This document shows, in pieces, positions 1-11,313 of a stretch of DNA of 64,000 nucleotides. This DNA is from Eledone cirrhosa (lineage: Eukaryota): the NCBI GenBank assembly GCA_964016885.1, contig OZ024756.1, positions 14,384,001 to 14,448,000 of the forward strand, written 5' to 3'. Below the pieces are notes generated by a model. That model was not told the origin of the DNA. It searched no databases and saw nothing but the letters and a program-made list of their open reading frames with translations. A program made the position numbers and the translations under genes. The stretch's first letter is position 1. Each line of letters starts with the position of its first letter.

Positions 1-10
1 TCTCAACTCA

Positions 11-48
11 CCTTTTGAAAAGCAGAAGAACTGCGAAACCGGTAAAGG
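11..48 (+). ncRNA. Minimal type I hammerhead ribozyme, U3:A8 core variant
   Basis: CCTT-TTGAAAA-GCAG(AAGAA)CTGC-GAAA-CCGG-TA-AAGG: stem I CCTT/AAGG, stem II GCAG/CTGC, palindromic stem III ACCGGT, GUA cleavage triplet; followed by AT-rich tail and (TA)n at 122-166. Confidence 0.7.
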
Positions 49-118
49 AACCAAATAAATATATATATTTTTTAAAAAAAATAAGACTCCAGTTGCATTT
101 TCGATTTCATCTCTTTTT

Positions 119-169
<51 letters not shown>

Positions 170-299
170 GAAGTTCTATTTAAATTGTTGGGATACAACA
201 AGCAAATATTTTTATAACTGATATAAAGCACTCAACAAATTATTGGAGTAAAAATACGATATATTAACACATGGAAACTATATTTATAAAACCATATTT

Positions 300-362
300 A
301 TTTCATTATACATATTTCAAGGACACCAAGTTAAATTATGGTGTGCTTTCATCAGATAAAAT
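300..362 (-). ncRNA. Type I hammerhead ribozyme in a (TA)n-adjacent non-coding element (about 167-400)
   Basis: Minus strand ATTTTAT-CTGATGA-AAGCACACCA(TAATTTAACT)TGGTGTCCTT-GAAA-TATGTA-TA-ATGAAAT; element end (167-270) resembles 5100-5210 and 33205-33300. Confidence 0.7.
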
Positions 363-459
363 ATAATATAGAGCAGTTTTATAAATAAATATTGACATAC
401 CCTTAAAGAAAGCGACCATTTCTGTTGGAAGCTCCCAATGGTCGCATTTATACATCATT

Positions 460-1905
460 TATACATGATGTTCTGGCCGGCTATTGGGCGGTAATTTTTA
501 GCAAGGGTGGTTTGGCTATTTTGGGGGATGAGGAGAGTAGTGGCAGTTGATAACCATTGGGGCAGTTCTTGTGTGCCTTTGATGGTTTCTCTAAACAGCC
601 GTATGAGATCTTGCCGATAGAAGGGGGAAATTCTTCAGCCAGTATCCTGTTATGAGGTCTGGGCCTGGTGATTTCCTATTCGACATTTTCTGCAGAGCTG
701 TTTCCAGTATTGACCCATATGTCATATTCTTTTGTCTGGACATGCTGGCAGCATTCCTGTTCCAGTTCTTTTAGCCATTTAGTTTGTTTACTAAACCCGT
801 CATTCGTTTCCCATACAGATCTCCAGTAGCTATCAACCTGTTCTTTTGTAGGGTGTCATTTAGAGATTGAGCTTTTTCCATTGAAGCTGCGATAAACTGA
901 TTTAGGATCTCTGACAAATAATCTATTTAGTACTTGCCGTTTATATTTTAGTCTTTCTGCTACAGCTGTGAGTTGTTGTTTTAACTTGTGTAGTTTTAAA
1001 TCTTGTATCTCCAAATCGCCTCTGTAGTTTTTTCTTACGTCTTCCTGATGTCGTGTGAAGTTGCTTTTTATGTTGCATTTTATAATTACAGTGATCTGTG
1101 CGATACTTCGTCTCATGGACAAAATTTTGGCTTTTAAATTACGCATCCACGCTGGTTCAGGCTTTGTGTTTGTATCTTGGTTGCGTGGTTTTAGTTGTTT
1201 ATGATAGGATAGCAATGTGATAGCTGAAACATATAACAAAATATTATGCATTTCATATGTCGTCTCCACATCTTTGGACCGTGTGGCCTTCAGATAATTG
1301 TCAGCTATTTCGTTTACTGTTCCCAATTCCAATTTAGTGGGTTGTTTACTGATTCTGGTGTTGTATGGTCTGTTGCTCACATTAAGGCTGTGTATCTCTT
1401 GAGACATATCATCCCATATCACTTGTAATGTGTCCACAAGTCTTTGGTGTTCTGTTTGTACAGTAGAAGTATGGATTTCAGCTAGGTTGTTGGTGAGCTG
1501 TTTACTGCTAGATTCAGCTGACCATTCTCTCTGTTCATCAGTGGAAGTGGGGTGGATGTCAGCTACGTTGTTGGTGAGCCGTTTATTGCTAGATTTAGCT
1601 GACCATTCTCTGTGTCTGTCAATGGAAATGGAATGATTGTCTTCAATAGTGTCACTCAGTTCCATTAGATGTATCAATTTACATCTAATGATACGTTTTG
1701 CCTTTTCATTTAAATGTTTTTGGGAAAAGTCTAATTCTGGGTGTTTGGAGTTCCACAAAGTTTTTTAGCCTCTGCATAAAACCGAACTTTTGGGGGTCTG
1801 ATTGTTTGTAAGCTTCATGTAAATCTTTGTTGAGATCATAGCTCCATTGTATACAATGGTTGTAGTTGCGATTTGGTCGAAGGAGATTTATACGTTTTGC
1901 CATGA
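460..1905 (-). mobile_element. R4/Dong-clade non-LTR retrotransposon, degenerate 5' part of ORF through RT domains 0-1
   Basis: Frameshifted pieces WSYDLNKDLHEAYKQSDP, RLFVRDPKSVYRSF, PTKEQVDSYWRSVWE, KSPGPDLITGYWLKNF, PQWLSTATTLLIP..KNYRPIA. Confidence 0.8.
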
Positions 1906-2573
1906 TGAGTTCGTCTATTCACTAATATTTATTTATTTTTCAAAATGGGTCAAATCACCCCTTATATCCCTTTGAAAAAAATTCAAACTAACTCCTGTAC
2001 CTATATGATAGAAAAGTATCAAGTATTAGGTCAATATCTTTGATAGTTTTGAAATCGTAGGCCTTTATAATATTAATTAATTTTACATTTTTTTCCCGAA
2101 CGAGACTCCCGGACCAACTTGAGACAGCCATTTCTCCTCTAATAAGCTAAACACGACTTTGAAATCGTGTGTTTGGGGCTAACTTCTTCTGTAGAGTTCA
2201 AATATCTTATCACATCAAGTGTATCTTGTATATTTTTACACCTACAGGCCTCTGAAAATTGCCAAGAATTAAATGTACAGCAAATGTATGCCTCTTTTAG
2301 GTATTTTTATCTTAATAGGTACACTAGATAAAGCAACCATAATTGTTTTCCTGTTACTTAGCATATAGTAGACCATTTCTGAGCAGTAACTATGTTAGTT
2401 ACTATTATGGGAGTGTTAGAATACTTTTTTGAAATATGTGCGATTTCAAAATTTCTCAAAAAAAATGCCCATTTTGATGCCCTTAGTTGACCCTGTGGGC
2501 AGTTCACTATCATTTTCAATTGGTAAAAAAAATCTATAATTAATTAATATTTCAAAACTATCAAAGATATTGG

Positions 2574-2648
2574 AGAGAGAGAGAGAGAGAGAAAGAGAGA
2601 AAGATAGATAGAGAGAGAGAGATAGAGAGAGAGAAAGATAGAGTGAGT

Positions 2649-2708
<60 letters not shown>
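2574..2708. repeat. (GA)n microsatellite
   Basis: Direct inspection. Confidence 0.95.
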
Positions 2709-2712
<4 letters not shown>

Positions 2713-2955
2713 GAGAGGGGTATAAGTATAGATTCGTGAATGTATAAGCAAACAGATGGATAGATAGATTCATAAATCGAGAGGCAGACATATCTTTTTT
2801 TCCCTCGGATGAATAGCTAAATATAGATTAGATAAGATAAGATAGACATAGATTGTTCAACAAGATAACAGTGTTTCCATAAATTATTTTGGTTAAGCCG
2901 ATAAACATTTTCAAGTTAACTTTTATCAGCATATTCATACATTTAAGTGTTAAGG

Positions 2956-3235
2956 TACGTGGCGCAGTGGTTACGGGTGTTTTGCTCCCGATTGTGATTC
3001 TCGGCGACCATTGTATCCTTGAGCAAGACACTTTTCACGTTGCTCAAATGTACTCAGCAGAAAAAGAAAATAAGTTGTACCTGTAATTTAAAGGGCCAGC
3101 CTTATGTCACGTTGAACGTCCCTGAAAATTACATGTGGTACACGTGTCTCTGGATTGCTCCTCCTTTGCACGTTAATTCCATGAGCAGCCTGCTCCATTG
3201 ATCCAACCAATTGGAACATCACCAGAATCGACAGA
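2956..3235 (+). mobile_element. tRNA-derived SINE (same family as 14590-14916)
   Basis: A-box-like TGGCGCAGTGG, CCTTGAGCAAGACAC motif, 3' GCACGTTAATT..GAGCAG.CTG.TCC.TTGATC shared with the reverse complement of 14630-14670. Confidence 0.75.
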
Positions 3236-3900
3236 AGTTCATCAATATGTATTTAAAAAATCAGAAAAAAAGAAAAGGTTTTTCGCAAACCTTTCCAAGC
3301 AAATTTGTTTTAAAAGAAACAGGATTAACGGCGTGTAAAAATTCAATGGTCAAATTTCGGCCACGTCACTATGACCTGAATAGTTTCGTTTATGAACCGT
3401 GAACTGATTAAACGATAAATTATTTATATTATTTAAAGATAACTAGGGATTAAACAAACGGTTAGACATGTTAGGTCATTGTAGACACACTTCGAAGTAT
3501 TTACTTAACAATTATGTACCTCCGGATAGGTGATTCAACTAACAATATGTATTTCATATGTATTTCAAAATTCAGAAACCTTAACCTTCAATTTGAAAGA
3601 CTCCGACTCAGCCAGCATTTTCCTCCTACATTGATAAATTGTTTTACGCACGTGCGCAATTCTCAAAGATTTTACTGAGGGATATTATAAAAAAAAAGTG
3701 TATATAGTTTAATGTCGTGTTTTGATTCTCGACCCTGTGCAGAAAATTATGTTATTTGTTGGAATGTGTGTTTACTGTGTGTATAAACTGTTTTTGTTAG
3801 CATCTTTTTTTTAAATTTGAACTCAACGTTACCAAGTCAGAAGCAGGAATCCAACAACTTTACGACGCAAAGACTATTTATGTAAACAAATCTCTTTCAG

Positions 3901-3981
3901 CCTTCCCCGGTGTCCACCCACAGCTGGAAAGCCATTCGTGAAGTGGAAGGCTACACAAAGCCACATTCATTGCCATGGGAG
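3901..3981 (+). CDS. Internal coding exon A of an unidentified plus-strand gene ([27 protein letters not shown])
   Basis: Acceptor tctctttcag, donor gtcagt, 81 nt, phase 0/0, open frame, compatible with exon 7570. Confidence 0.7.
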
Positions 3982-4125
3982 GTCAGTTCGAATTGCTGGT
4001 ACTTTAGTTCTATCTTGCTTACAAGAACACGCCAGCTTGCCTGCTTACAAGAACACGCCAGCTTGCCTGCTATTCCTACACTCCAGCCAATGCTATAATT
4101 CATAATTGCTACACACACACATGTG

Positions 4126-4156
<31 letters not shown>

Positions 4157-4277
4157 GTATATATATATATGTATATATATATATGTATGTATATATATGT
4201 ATATATATATATGTATATATATATATGTATATATATATATGTATGTATATGTACATATGTATATATACATATGTACA

Positions 4278-4405
4278 TAACGAAGGAAATATGGAAAGGA
4301 ACCAGATGGACCATAGCACACCAGAGTACTCAATACTTAGGGTAATAGGAAAAAGTATGACCCCCGACGGCAGAGCTCAAGCCGTTTCGACGGCTATTTC
4401 AGAAA
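4278..4405. mobile_element. One-armed copy of the (TA)n-embedded foldback family at 15941-16138
   Basis: Near-identical to 15941-16075 (ACCAGAGTACTCAATACTTAGGGTA...GACGGCAGAGCTCAAGCCG), flanked by (TA)n and (CA)n. Confidence 0.75.
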
Positions 4406-4527
4406 CGCAACCATACACTCCCACGCATCCACACCACCCATAAACACACACACACAAACACGTGTGTATCCTCACATACACCTACTTTACCTGTATATAT
4501 ATATACATATATATATAGATATTTGTA

Positions 4528-4570
<43 letters not shown>

Positions 4571-4777
4571 GTGTGTGTGTGTGTGTTCATATATATATAT
4601 ATATAGTGAACAAAGATAGAATATAGAAACAAAAATATACACTCAAACGTGAACACACACACCAGACATTAAACACACTCGCTAACGCATGCGCAGAGAC
4701 AGAGACAAGAAGAAATAAATCAATTAAATAAAAATGGCGTAGACTTTACAATACAAAGGGAGGAAACATAATAGTTC

Positions 4778-4815
4778 CACTGATGATGTCGCAGAGTTGT
4801 GACGAAAGAACTTTG
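4778..4815 (+). ncRNA. Hammerhead-like motif with weak stem I (family shared with 54578)
   Basis: CA-CTGATGA-T-GTCGCA(GAGT)TGTGAC-GAAA-GAAC-TT-TG, directly followed by (TA)n. Confidence 0.5.
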
Positions 4816-4818
4816 ATA

Positions 4819-4854
<36 letters not shown>

Positions 4855-5058
4855 CTGTATGAAGAAATATATATATATATTTGTATTTTTAACCGTTGGT
4901 CAATGAATGATAAACATTGATTGCCAAATAAATTAACTATGGAGATATAAAAGATACAGAAGCGAAAACGAACCCTAACTAAACAGTGAGTGTGTTCCGT
5001 TATTATTTCTGGCAATATTATAACAATATGACTCTCCCCAAGTATAACAATTATATAT

Positions 5059-5099
<41 letters not shown>

Positions 5100-5102
<3 letters not shown>

Positions 5103-5474
5103 GGAGGTGAGTTTTATTGTAGTACAATAAAGCAATGCAGATATCGGATAAGTAGCACTCTACAGTTTGTAGGACTGGAGTATAAATAATATATAAGATC
5201 AAAAGATGGTTAAAAGAGTTCCATGTATTTTATTATGCGCATTTCAAATGCAAATATCACACATCAATCTAAAACTACTTTTCATATGTTGATTTAAAAC
5301 TGCACTATGTTGATTTAAAACTGCACTATGTTGATTTAAAACAGCACTTCATATCATGTCTCCCTATTTTATCTGACGAAAACGCAAATGTCATCGCATG
5401 ATGATATTTGTTTTTGAAATGCGCATAATAAAATACTTGGAATTCTTTTAACCATCTTTTGATCTTATATATTA
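5100..5474. mobile_element. Foldback non-coding element between (TA)n tracts (Penelope pLTR-like)
   Basis: Inverted repeat 5187-5258 / 5402-5474; internal 3x21-bp repeat TATGTTGATTTAAAACTGCAC; contains a hammerhead. Confidence 0.7.
5365..5435 (+). ncRNA. Type I hammerhead ribozyme, intact core
   Basis: TATTTTAT-CTGACGA-AAACGCAAATGTCATC(GCAT)GATGATATTTGTTTTT-GAAA-TGCGCA-TA-ATAAAATA: 8-bp stem I, long stem II, palindromic stem III ATGCGCAT, AUA triplet. Confidence 0.8.
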
Positions 5475-5765
5475 CATATATATATATATTGTTATATATA
5501 TATATATTGTTATATATATATATTGTTATATATATATATGCCTTCTTTCAGATAAATTGTTACTTGCTATCGCTTTTTTTTTTTTTTTACAAATGCCGCT
5601 TTTAGAATTGCTTTTTAATAGCTGGGTACTGTGTCTTTGGTATTGATTTTTATGTGTTGGGTGCTTGAAATATTTGGAGAGTTAAAAGGAGTTTAGGTCA
5701 TAAGCATGATTTTGATATGACGTCATCTCCTCACTCTCTTCTTTCCCCTTCTCTCTTTTCTCTTA

Positions 5766-5875
5766 CAGGTTGCCCCCCCCCCCAAAAAAAAAATGTATAC
5801 ATACTTTGATTACCTGTGTAGGCAATATCTATTAGAATGCTGTTGAAGTGTGTATACATTTTTTGGGACACCCTA
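5766..5875. mobile_element. About 100-bp Tc1/mariner-type MITE
   Basis: TIRs CAGG..CC..AAAAATGTATACA / TGTATACATTTTTTGGGACACCCT; copies at 17845, 37988, 60636. Confidence 0.7.
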
Positions 5876-6137
5876 TATCATCATCATCATCATCATACCC
5901 CTTTTCTTCCACGCTAGCATGGGGAAGAAGAAGGACGAGGTGCTAGATCTTCATTATGTGACGCGCGTTTCGCGATTGATCAGCTCAAGGCTTGATCTAT
6001 ATCGATCTGGCCAGACTCTGTAATGAAAAGCTCATCGAACTTCTGTTATGGCAATGACAGAATGATCCATATATAAATATATATACACACACATGCACGT
6101 GTGTATATATATATATATACACACACACACACATACA

Positions 6138-6193
<56 letters not shown>

Positions 6194-6204
6194 TTCATGC
6201 ACAT

Positions 6205-6592
6205 ATCATCATCATCACCGTTTTACGTCCGTTCTTCCAAGCTAGCATGGGTTAGACGGGTTGTCCTGTTGTGGGCAGTGTCCGGCCGGCTGACCATGTC
6301 TTGCTCATACGGGAATTGATTCTGGCTTGATTTCTACAGCTGGATGCCCTTCCTAACACCAACCTCATTTACAGTGAGTGCTGGGTGCTTTTTTGCCGTG
6401 GCACCTCCACGACCACTTTGCAGTGGAATGATAGGGACTCCAGTCCCTATCATCTCATTTCTACAGCTGAGTAAACTGGAGCAATGTGAAATAAAGTGTC
6501 TTGCTCAAGGAAACAACACATCACCCGGTCTGAGAATTGAACTCACAACCTCTCGATTGCAAGCCCAATGCTCTAACCACTAAGCCACGCGC
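6205..6592 (-). mobile_element. Full-length tRNA-derived SINE with RTE-derived tail type A
   Basis: Head GGCGCGTGGCTTAGTGGTTAGAGC..GTTCAATTC (A and B boxes); tail CCCGTCTAACCCATGCTAGC..GGACGTAAAACG(ATG)n; near-identical to 47008-47396. Confidence 0.85.
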
Positions 6593-7056
6593 CTATATAT
6601 ATATATATATATATATATACGCACACATACATATATATGCACACATACATATATAGAGATATGCACACATACATGCATATATAAATATATATGCACACAT
6701 ACATATATAGAGATGCACACATACATAGATATGCACATATACATGCATATATAAATATATATGCACACGTACATATATAGAGAAATGCACACATACATAT
6801 ATATGCACACATACATGCATATATAAATATATATGCACACATACATATACATGCATATATAAATATATATGCACACATACATATATAGAGATATGCACAC
6901 ATACATATATATGCACACATACATGCATATATAAATATATATGCACACATACATATATAGAGATGTGCACACATACATATATATGCACACATACATGCAT
7001 ATATAAATATATATGCACACGTACATATATAGAGAAATGCACACATACATATATAC
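6593..7056. repeat. Compound TA/CA-rich minisatellite (resumes at 7306-7360)
   Basis: Repeated GCACACATACATGCATATATAAATATATAT-type units. Confidence 0.85.
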
Positions 7057-7099
7057 AATTAACAACAAAGAGCGCTTAGAACATAGGTATATCTTTAAT

Positions 7100-7145
7100 T
7101 GCTAACAGTGTTTCGTCCACACTAGAAGTGGGACTCTTCAGAGCA
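7100..7145 (-). ncRNA. Minimal type I hammerhead ribozyme in a ~250-bp insert (7057-7305) within the TA/CA minisatellite
   Basis: Minus strand TGCT-CTGAAGA-GTCC(CACTTCTAGTGT)GGAC-GAAA-CACTG-TT-AGCA; canonical core, G10.1-C11.1 pair, GUU triplet. Confidence 0.8.
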
Positions 7146-7569
7146 TAAAGAGTAAATACATAGTATACAAGCATTGACAAAGCCAAAACAGAAGAATATA
7201 TGTGGGGATACCATAAGTTGGGAGGGCTCTGTCCTCTGACATTGAGCTAACCATATACTGCCTATTTGATAAGGGAGTGTTACACACTCCCAATTCTCTC
7301 CCTTATATACACATACATATATATGCACACATACATGCATATATAAATATATATGCACACATGCATGCGTATATATGTGTGCAACAACTAATCATACTGA
7401 AAAGCTCATATTCCCACAACACTAAACAATGAAGTGAAGCTCTCTGAACTCTGTTACAATAGTTTGCTGCCGTTTCATCACGCTTCTTTTCGTTCCACCG
7501 TTTCTCCCTCTATTTTATTCTTCATATAACTTTGGTTTTTCTTGTTTCTAACTCTGTTTCCTGTTTTAG

Positions 7570-7697
7570 CATCGACTTGATAGTCATGTCGTACCGGAAC
7601 TGCATATTCCTAAAACGACCATCCCCTACAGTAACGTGCGAGATCAAGTGAGAGATGTTCAGGACAAGATGGATCGCCACCGGCAGTTGCTTGACAG
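7570..7697 (+). CDS. Internal coding exon B (HRLDSHVVPELHIPKTTIPYSNVRDQVRDVQDKMDRHRQLLDR)
   Basis: Long polypyrimidine acceptor ctgtttcctgttttag, donor AG/gtaaaa, 128 nt phase 0/2, open frame with a coiled-coil-like end. Confidence 0.75.
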
Positions 7698-7963
7698 GTA
7701 AAACTCCCTTCTCACCTATCTAGAGAGGTAACACTCCCTCCTCACTTATCTAGAGAGGTAACACTCCCTCCTCACTTATCTAGAGAGGTAACACTCCCTC
7801 CTCACTTATCTAGAGAGGTAACACTCCCTCCTCACTTATCTAGAGAGGTAACACTCCCTTCTGACTTATCCAGAGAGGTAACACTCCCTTCTCACTTATC
7901 TAGAGAGGTAACACTCCCTCCTCACTTATCTAGAGAGGTAACACTCCCTCCTCACTTATCTAG
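7696..7963. repeat. 30-bp tandem repeat, about 9 copies, starting at the exon B donor
   Basis: Unit AGGTAACACTCCCTCCTCACTTATCTAGAG. Confidence 0.95.
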
Positions 7964-8360
7964 ACATCTCTCCGGACAACAATTGATTCCCTTCTTTAAG
8001 TATCACTTTAGAAGGAGAATCAGGGTGGAGAGAGAGGCACTGCACCCCAGTAAATTTACTGAAAGGTGGGTGAATGAAGCGAAAATGGCCCGAGTGATTG
8101 GGCCTTCTCTGTTTATAAGCCTGTAGGTTGAAGAAGAGAGCAAAAGGAAAAAAGGAGCACTTGCACAACACGCTCCCGAAGTTGAGGGTTGTTCTATCGA
8201 CAGGGTATTAAACAACCCATTTGTGGAGCCTCCCCCCTATTGGGGATTTCGATTGTTGTAATTGTTTGTTTTTATATTTTTTACACGACTGTATGTAAAA
8301 TCCCCGGCATGTCTTTGTATTGTCCCCTTTTCTTGTGCGCCCTTGTGGCTAATAAAGAAA
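7964..8360 (+). mobile_element. L1/Tx1-clade LINE, 3' fragment
   Basis: LSGQQLIPFFKYHFRRRIRVEREALHPSKFTERWVNEAKM..* (ORF2 C-terminus-like), then 3' UTR ending CCTTGTGGCTAATAAAGAAA. Confidence 0.65.
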
Positions 8361-8769
8361 TATATCTATCAATCTATCTAAGGACAAATTAATGATAATA
8401 ATAAAGGAACCCTTACGTCTTAATGGAGTCATAGATGCGATGTCCTGATACACGTAGGACATTTTAACACTAGGAGCCCATCCCTCTCTAAGTCAGAACA
8501 TGGTTCATTTCTTCTAGAGAGAGAGGGGGGGGGGCAATTGACCCCGGTACTAACCTTTTATCGATCTCGGAAGGATGATGGGAAATGTTGACCTCAGAGC
8601 GCTTGAGCTGGAATAAATACCACAAGGCATTTAATCTGACACACGAATGACTACCAATTCGCATGGTGTGTGTGTGGGTGGCTGGCTATTTTCAGTGAGA
8701 AGTTTCTGTTATAGGAATTATTATAAGTCATAAGTATCTCACATTAAAAGCTGAGTTTCTTCAATTGAT

Positions 8770-9235
8770 TCCTGGAAATCTAGCAGAGTAAATACGTTTA
8801 ATCTCAGCACTTTGGCCCTTTTGATGCCACCCTTGATTCCTCCTTCACCACTTATTCCTGAGAGGTAGTGGGGACCGAGTCCTCAAGCTCTCCTTCCAGT
8901 GGGCCCCGTCAGAAGCAACCGTCTCCAACTGGATCCTCAAGCGTGACCAATCAAACTCATGGATGTTATCCAACAATCTTGCTTGAGGGTCTATCCCTGG
9001 GTCTCCTACCAGTTGGTTTTGCCCATAAAATCTGTCCAGCGATTCTTTCTACAGACATTCTAAGCACATGCCCATAGTATCAGAGCTGTGGCCTCTCAAT
9101 TCAGCGAAGTAGCGGCTCTACCTGGACTGACTCTCTGATCTACGAGCTATTCACTTTATCGAGTAACGTTACTCCAAAGACCCTTCGGAGGAATCCCATT
9201 TCGGCCGCTTGTCTTCACGATCGCATTCTTTCATA
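8770..9235 (-). mobile_element. RTE-clade LINE, 3' fragment
   Basis: QAAEMGFLRRVFGVTLLDKV..IRE..VEPLL..YYGHVLRM..RI..PTGRRPR with stops. Confidence 0.75.
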
Positions 9236-9254
9236 TAAAATTGTGTTACTAAAA

Positions 9255-9410
9255 AGCGGCGAATTGGCAGAGTCGTTAGAACATCGGATAAAATAATTTA
9301 CGGTATTCGTTTCGGCCCTCTAATCTCCGAGTTCAAATCCCGCCGAGGTCAACTTAGCCTTTCAGCTATTCGAGGTCGATAAAAAAAGTACCAGTCTAGT
9401 ACTGGGGTCA
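9255..9410 (+). mobile_element. tRNA-derived SINE with MetaSINE-like central domain
   Basis: TGGCAGAGTCGTTAG..GTTCAAATCCCGCCGAGGTCAACTTAGCCTTTCA..GGTCGATAAAA..GTACCAG; minus-strand copies at 8535-8660, 15130-15315, 19358-19537, 45352-46845, 59110-59253. Confidence 0.75.
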
Positions 9411-9619
9411 ATTCTTCCTCTATATGTCTTTCTCAATTCCTTTCTCTCGTTTTCTGGAAAAAAATCTGTATTCAAACCTGGAGAGGAGTTTGGCTCCACC
9501 AGGTTATAAAAATGACATAGCAACGCTGTATGTCAATATGGTGCCTCAACGACTCCTTTAGAAATTACAGGACCATAAATATTAATCTTTCCGAATTATT
9601 ATTAACTCTCTCACAATTT

Positions 9620-10830
9620 GAGAAAAATATTAGGCGGTGTCTTTCATTATAAATATGGTAAAAGTTCTAAAGTATTTACATTTATCTAAAAACCTTTCAC
9701 CATAATTTTATGTAAGAACCTTTGTTAAGTTATTCTCCAAAAACCAGCTAAATAATAAAGTTAGTTATATTATTAAATCCACTCTAAATTCCTGATTGTT
9801 AAAAAAAATATTTGAAAATACGGTAACAAAATAGTTAAATTGTTTATATTTTGTAAGAACCTTTCCTAAGTTATGTTCCAAACTTAATTAGAAAGTTAGT
9901 TATAATACAGAATTCCCCTTCCAAATCCATGAATTTTCCCTTATGATTTTATGTAAGAGCCTTTATTCAGTTATGTTCCAAACCACCAGCTTAATAATGA
10001 GAAAGTTATATTATTAAATCCTTCTAAATTATTACTAAACCTTTCAAAATTAAAGATTTATACATAAAACTACGATGGAGGCTTTTTAGATAAATATAAA
10101 CAAATTGAAATCTTTTCTTGCCATATTTTTAATGTAAAAAACTTTATGTTGTGCTCGAAAACACTGTGTGTATGTTTACTTCTATTCAATCGATATTATA
10201 TGCTTGGCCAATTGTGCCTGATAATGTTACTAATTATTGTAGATGTGATTATAATGTTATGCTATAAGAGAGAGAACATATTTCTGTAGAAGAAAAACAA
10301 AGGAATTTTAGTTTTAGGAAGAAAGTTCGATATTTTATTATCTTCATACAAATGTCTTTTTATGAACTTAGAAGTTAACTAATGTGGAATAATAAAGTTA
10401 GTTATATTACTAAACGCTCTCATAACTCATGATTGTTCAGACAATTATTTGTAATTCATGGAGAGAGTTTTTTTTTTTTTAGAAATATGGCAACGAAAGA
10501 ATTAATGTGTTATATTTATCTACAACCCTATCCCCATAATTTTATATAAAAACCTCTATTAAGTTATGTTCCAAAACACCAGCTAAATAGTGTGACAAAG
10601 TTAGTAATATTACTTAATCCATGTAAATTCTTTATTATTGAAAAAAAAAAGCATTTGATAATAACGAGCAGTGTCTTTCATTGGAAATAGGAGATTAAGA
10701 GTTCAAATTTTTATATTATTTACCTAAAACCCTAACCCCTCATCATGATTTATATCAGAACCTCCGTTAAGTTATGTTCTAGACAACAACTAAATAGTAA
10801 CAATGTTAATTATATTACCGAATCCTTCCA
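9620..10830. repeat. Degenerate AT-rich iterated repeat
   Basis: Recurrent AAGTTATGTTCCAAA..AAAGTTAGTTATATTATTAAATCC blocks, one apparently inverted near 10040-10130; related piece at 58560-58690. Confidence 0.55.
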
Positions 10831-10887
10831 TTATTTGCAACAATCTTTCGTTAAGACTAATCTGTATTTATCGTTGTGTATTTTCAG

Positions 10888-10948
10888 GTATTCTCATGAT
10901 GGACTGGATAGTCACTCCTCTCCCATTGGTTACTCTGGCGGACATTCG
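10888..10948 (+). CDS. Internal coding exon C (R-YSHDGLDSHSSPIGYSGGHS)
   Basis: Acceptor gtgtattttcag, donor gtatga, 61 nt phase 2/0; completes the AG|G Arg codon from exon B. Confidence 0.7.
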
Positions 10949-11006
10949 GTATGACAGCTTTACATTCCCATTCACTATTTTCTCATAATTTTAGAACATT
11001 ATCAAT

Positions 11007-11120
11007 GCGTGGCTAAGTGGTTAGAGAATTGGATTCGCAATTGTGAAGTTGGGATTTCGATTCCCGAACTGGACGATGCATTATATCCTGCAGCAAGACA
11101 CTTTATTTCATGGTGCTCCT
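11007..11120 (+). mobile_element. tRNA-derived SINE head
   Basis: GCGTGGCTAAGTGGTTAGAG..TTCGATTCCC..AGCAAGACACTTTATTTCA. Confidence 0.65.
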
Positions 11121-11313
11121 TCTGCCTAGATTTGCGACTGACAGATAGTATTAGCAATTGGAAAGACAAATGGAAGCACTGTTTCCTCGGTCTGATTTGA
11201 CGAGCTTCACCCCATTCGTTAAGCGAATGAAGTCTGCGACCTTGTCGATCAACTGTTGATTAATGGTATATCGATATATTACAGTAGTCTAGTTACACAA
11301 TATATTACAGTAG

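Noticed and set aside
1940-2560. Possible DNA transposon remnant
   Set aside because: No convincing TIR/TSD pair or transposase motif found by eye
4683-4740. NRF1-like ACGCATGCGCA and YY1-like AAAATGGCG as a host promoter
   Set aside because: Lies within a repeat family shared with 54520-54620 and inside a predicted intron
5957-6017. Minus-strand GAAA-CGCGCG-TC with stem II (also 17353-17393)
   Set aside because: The CUGANGA box is not recognisable; counted only as relics, not functional ribozymes
6500-6592. tRNA gene
   Set aside because: A and B boxes are present but there is no complete cloverleaf or terminator, and it continues into a multi-copy SINE body
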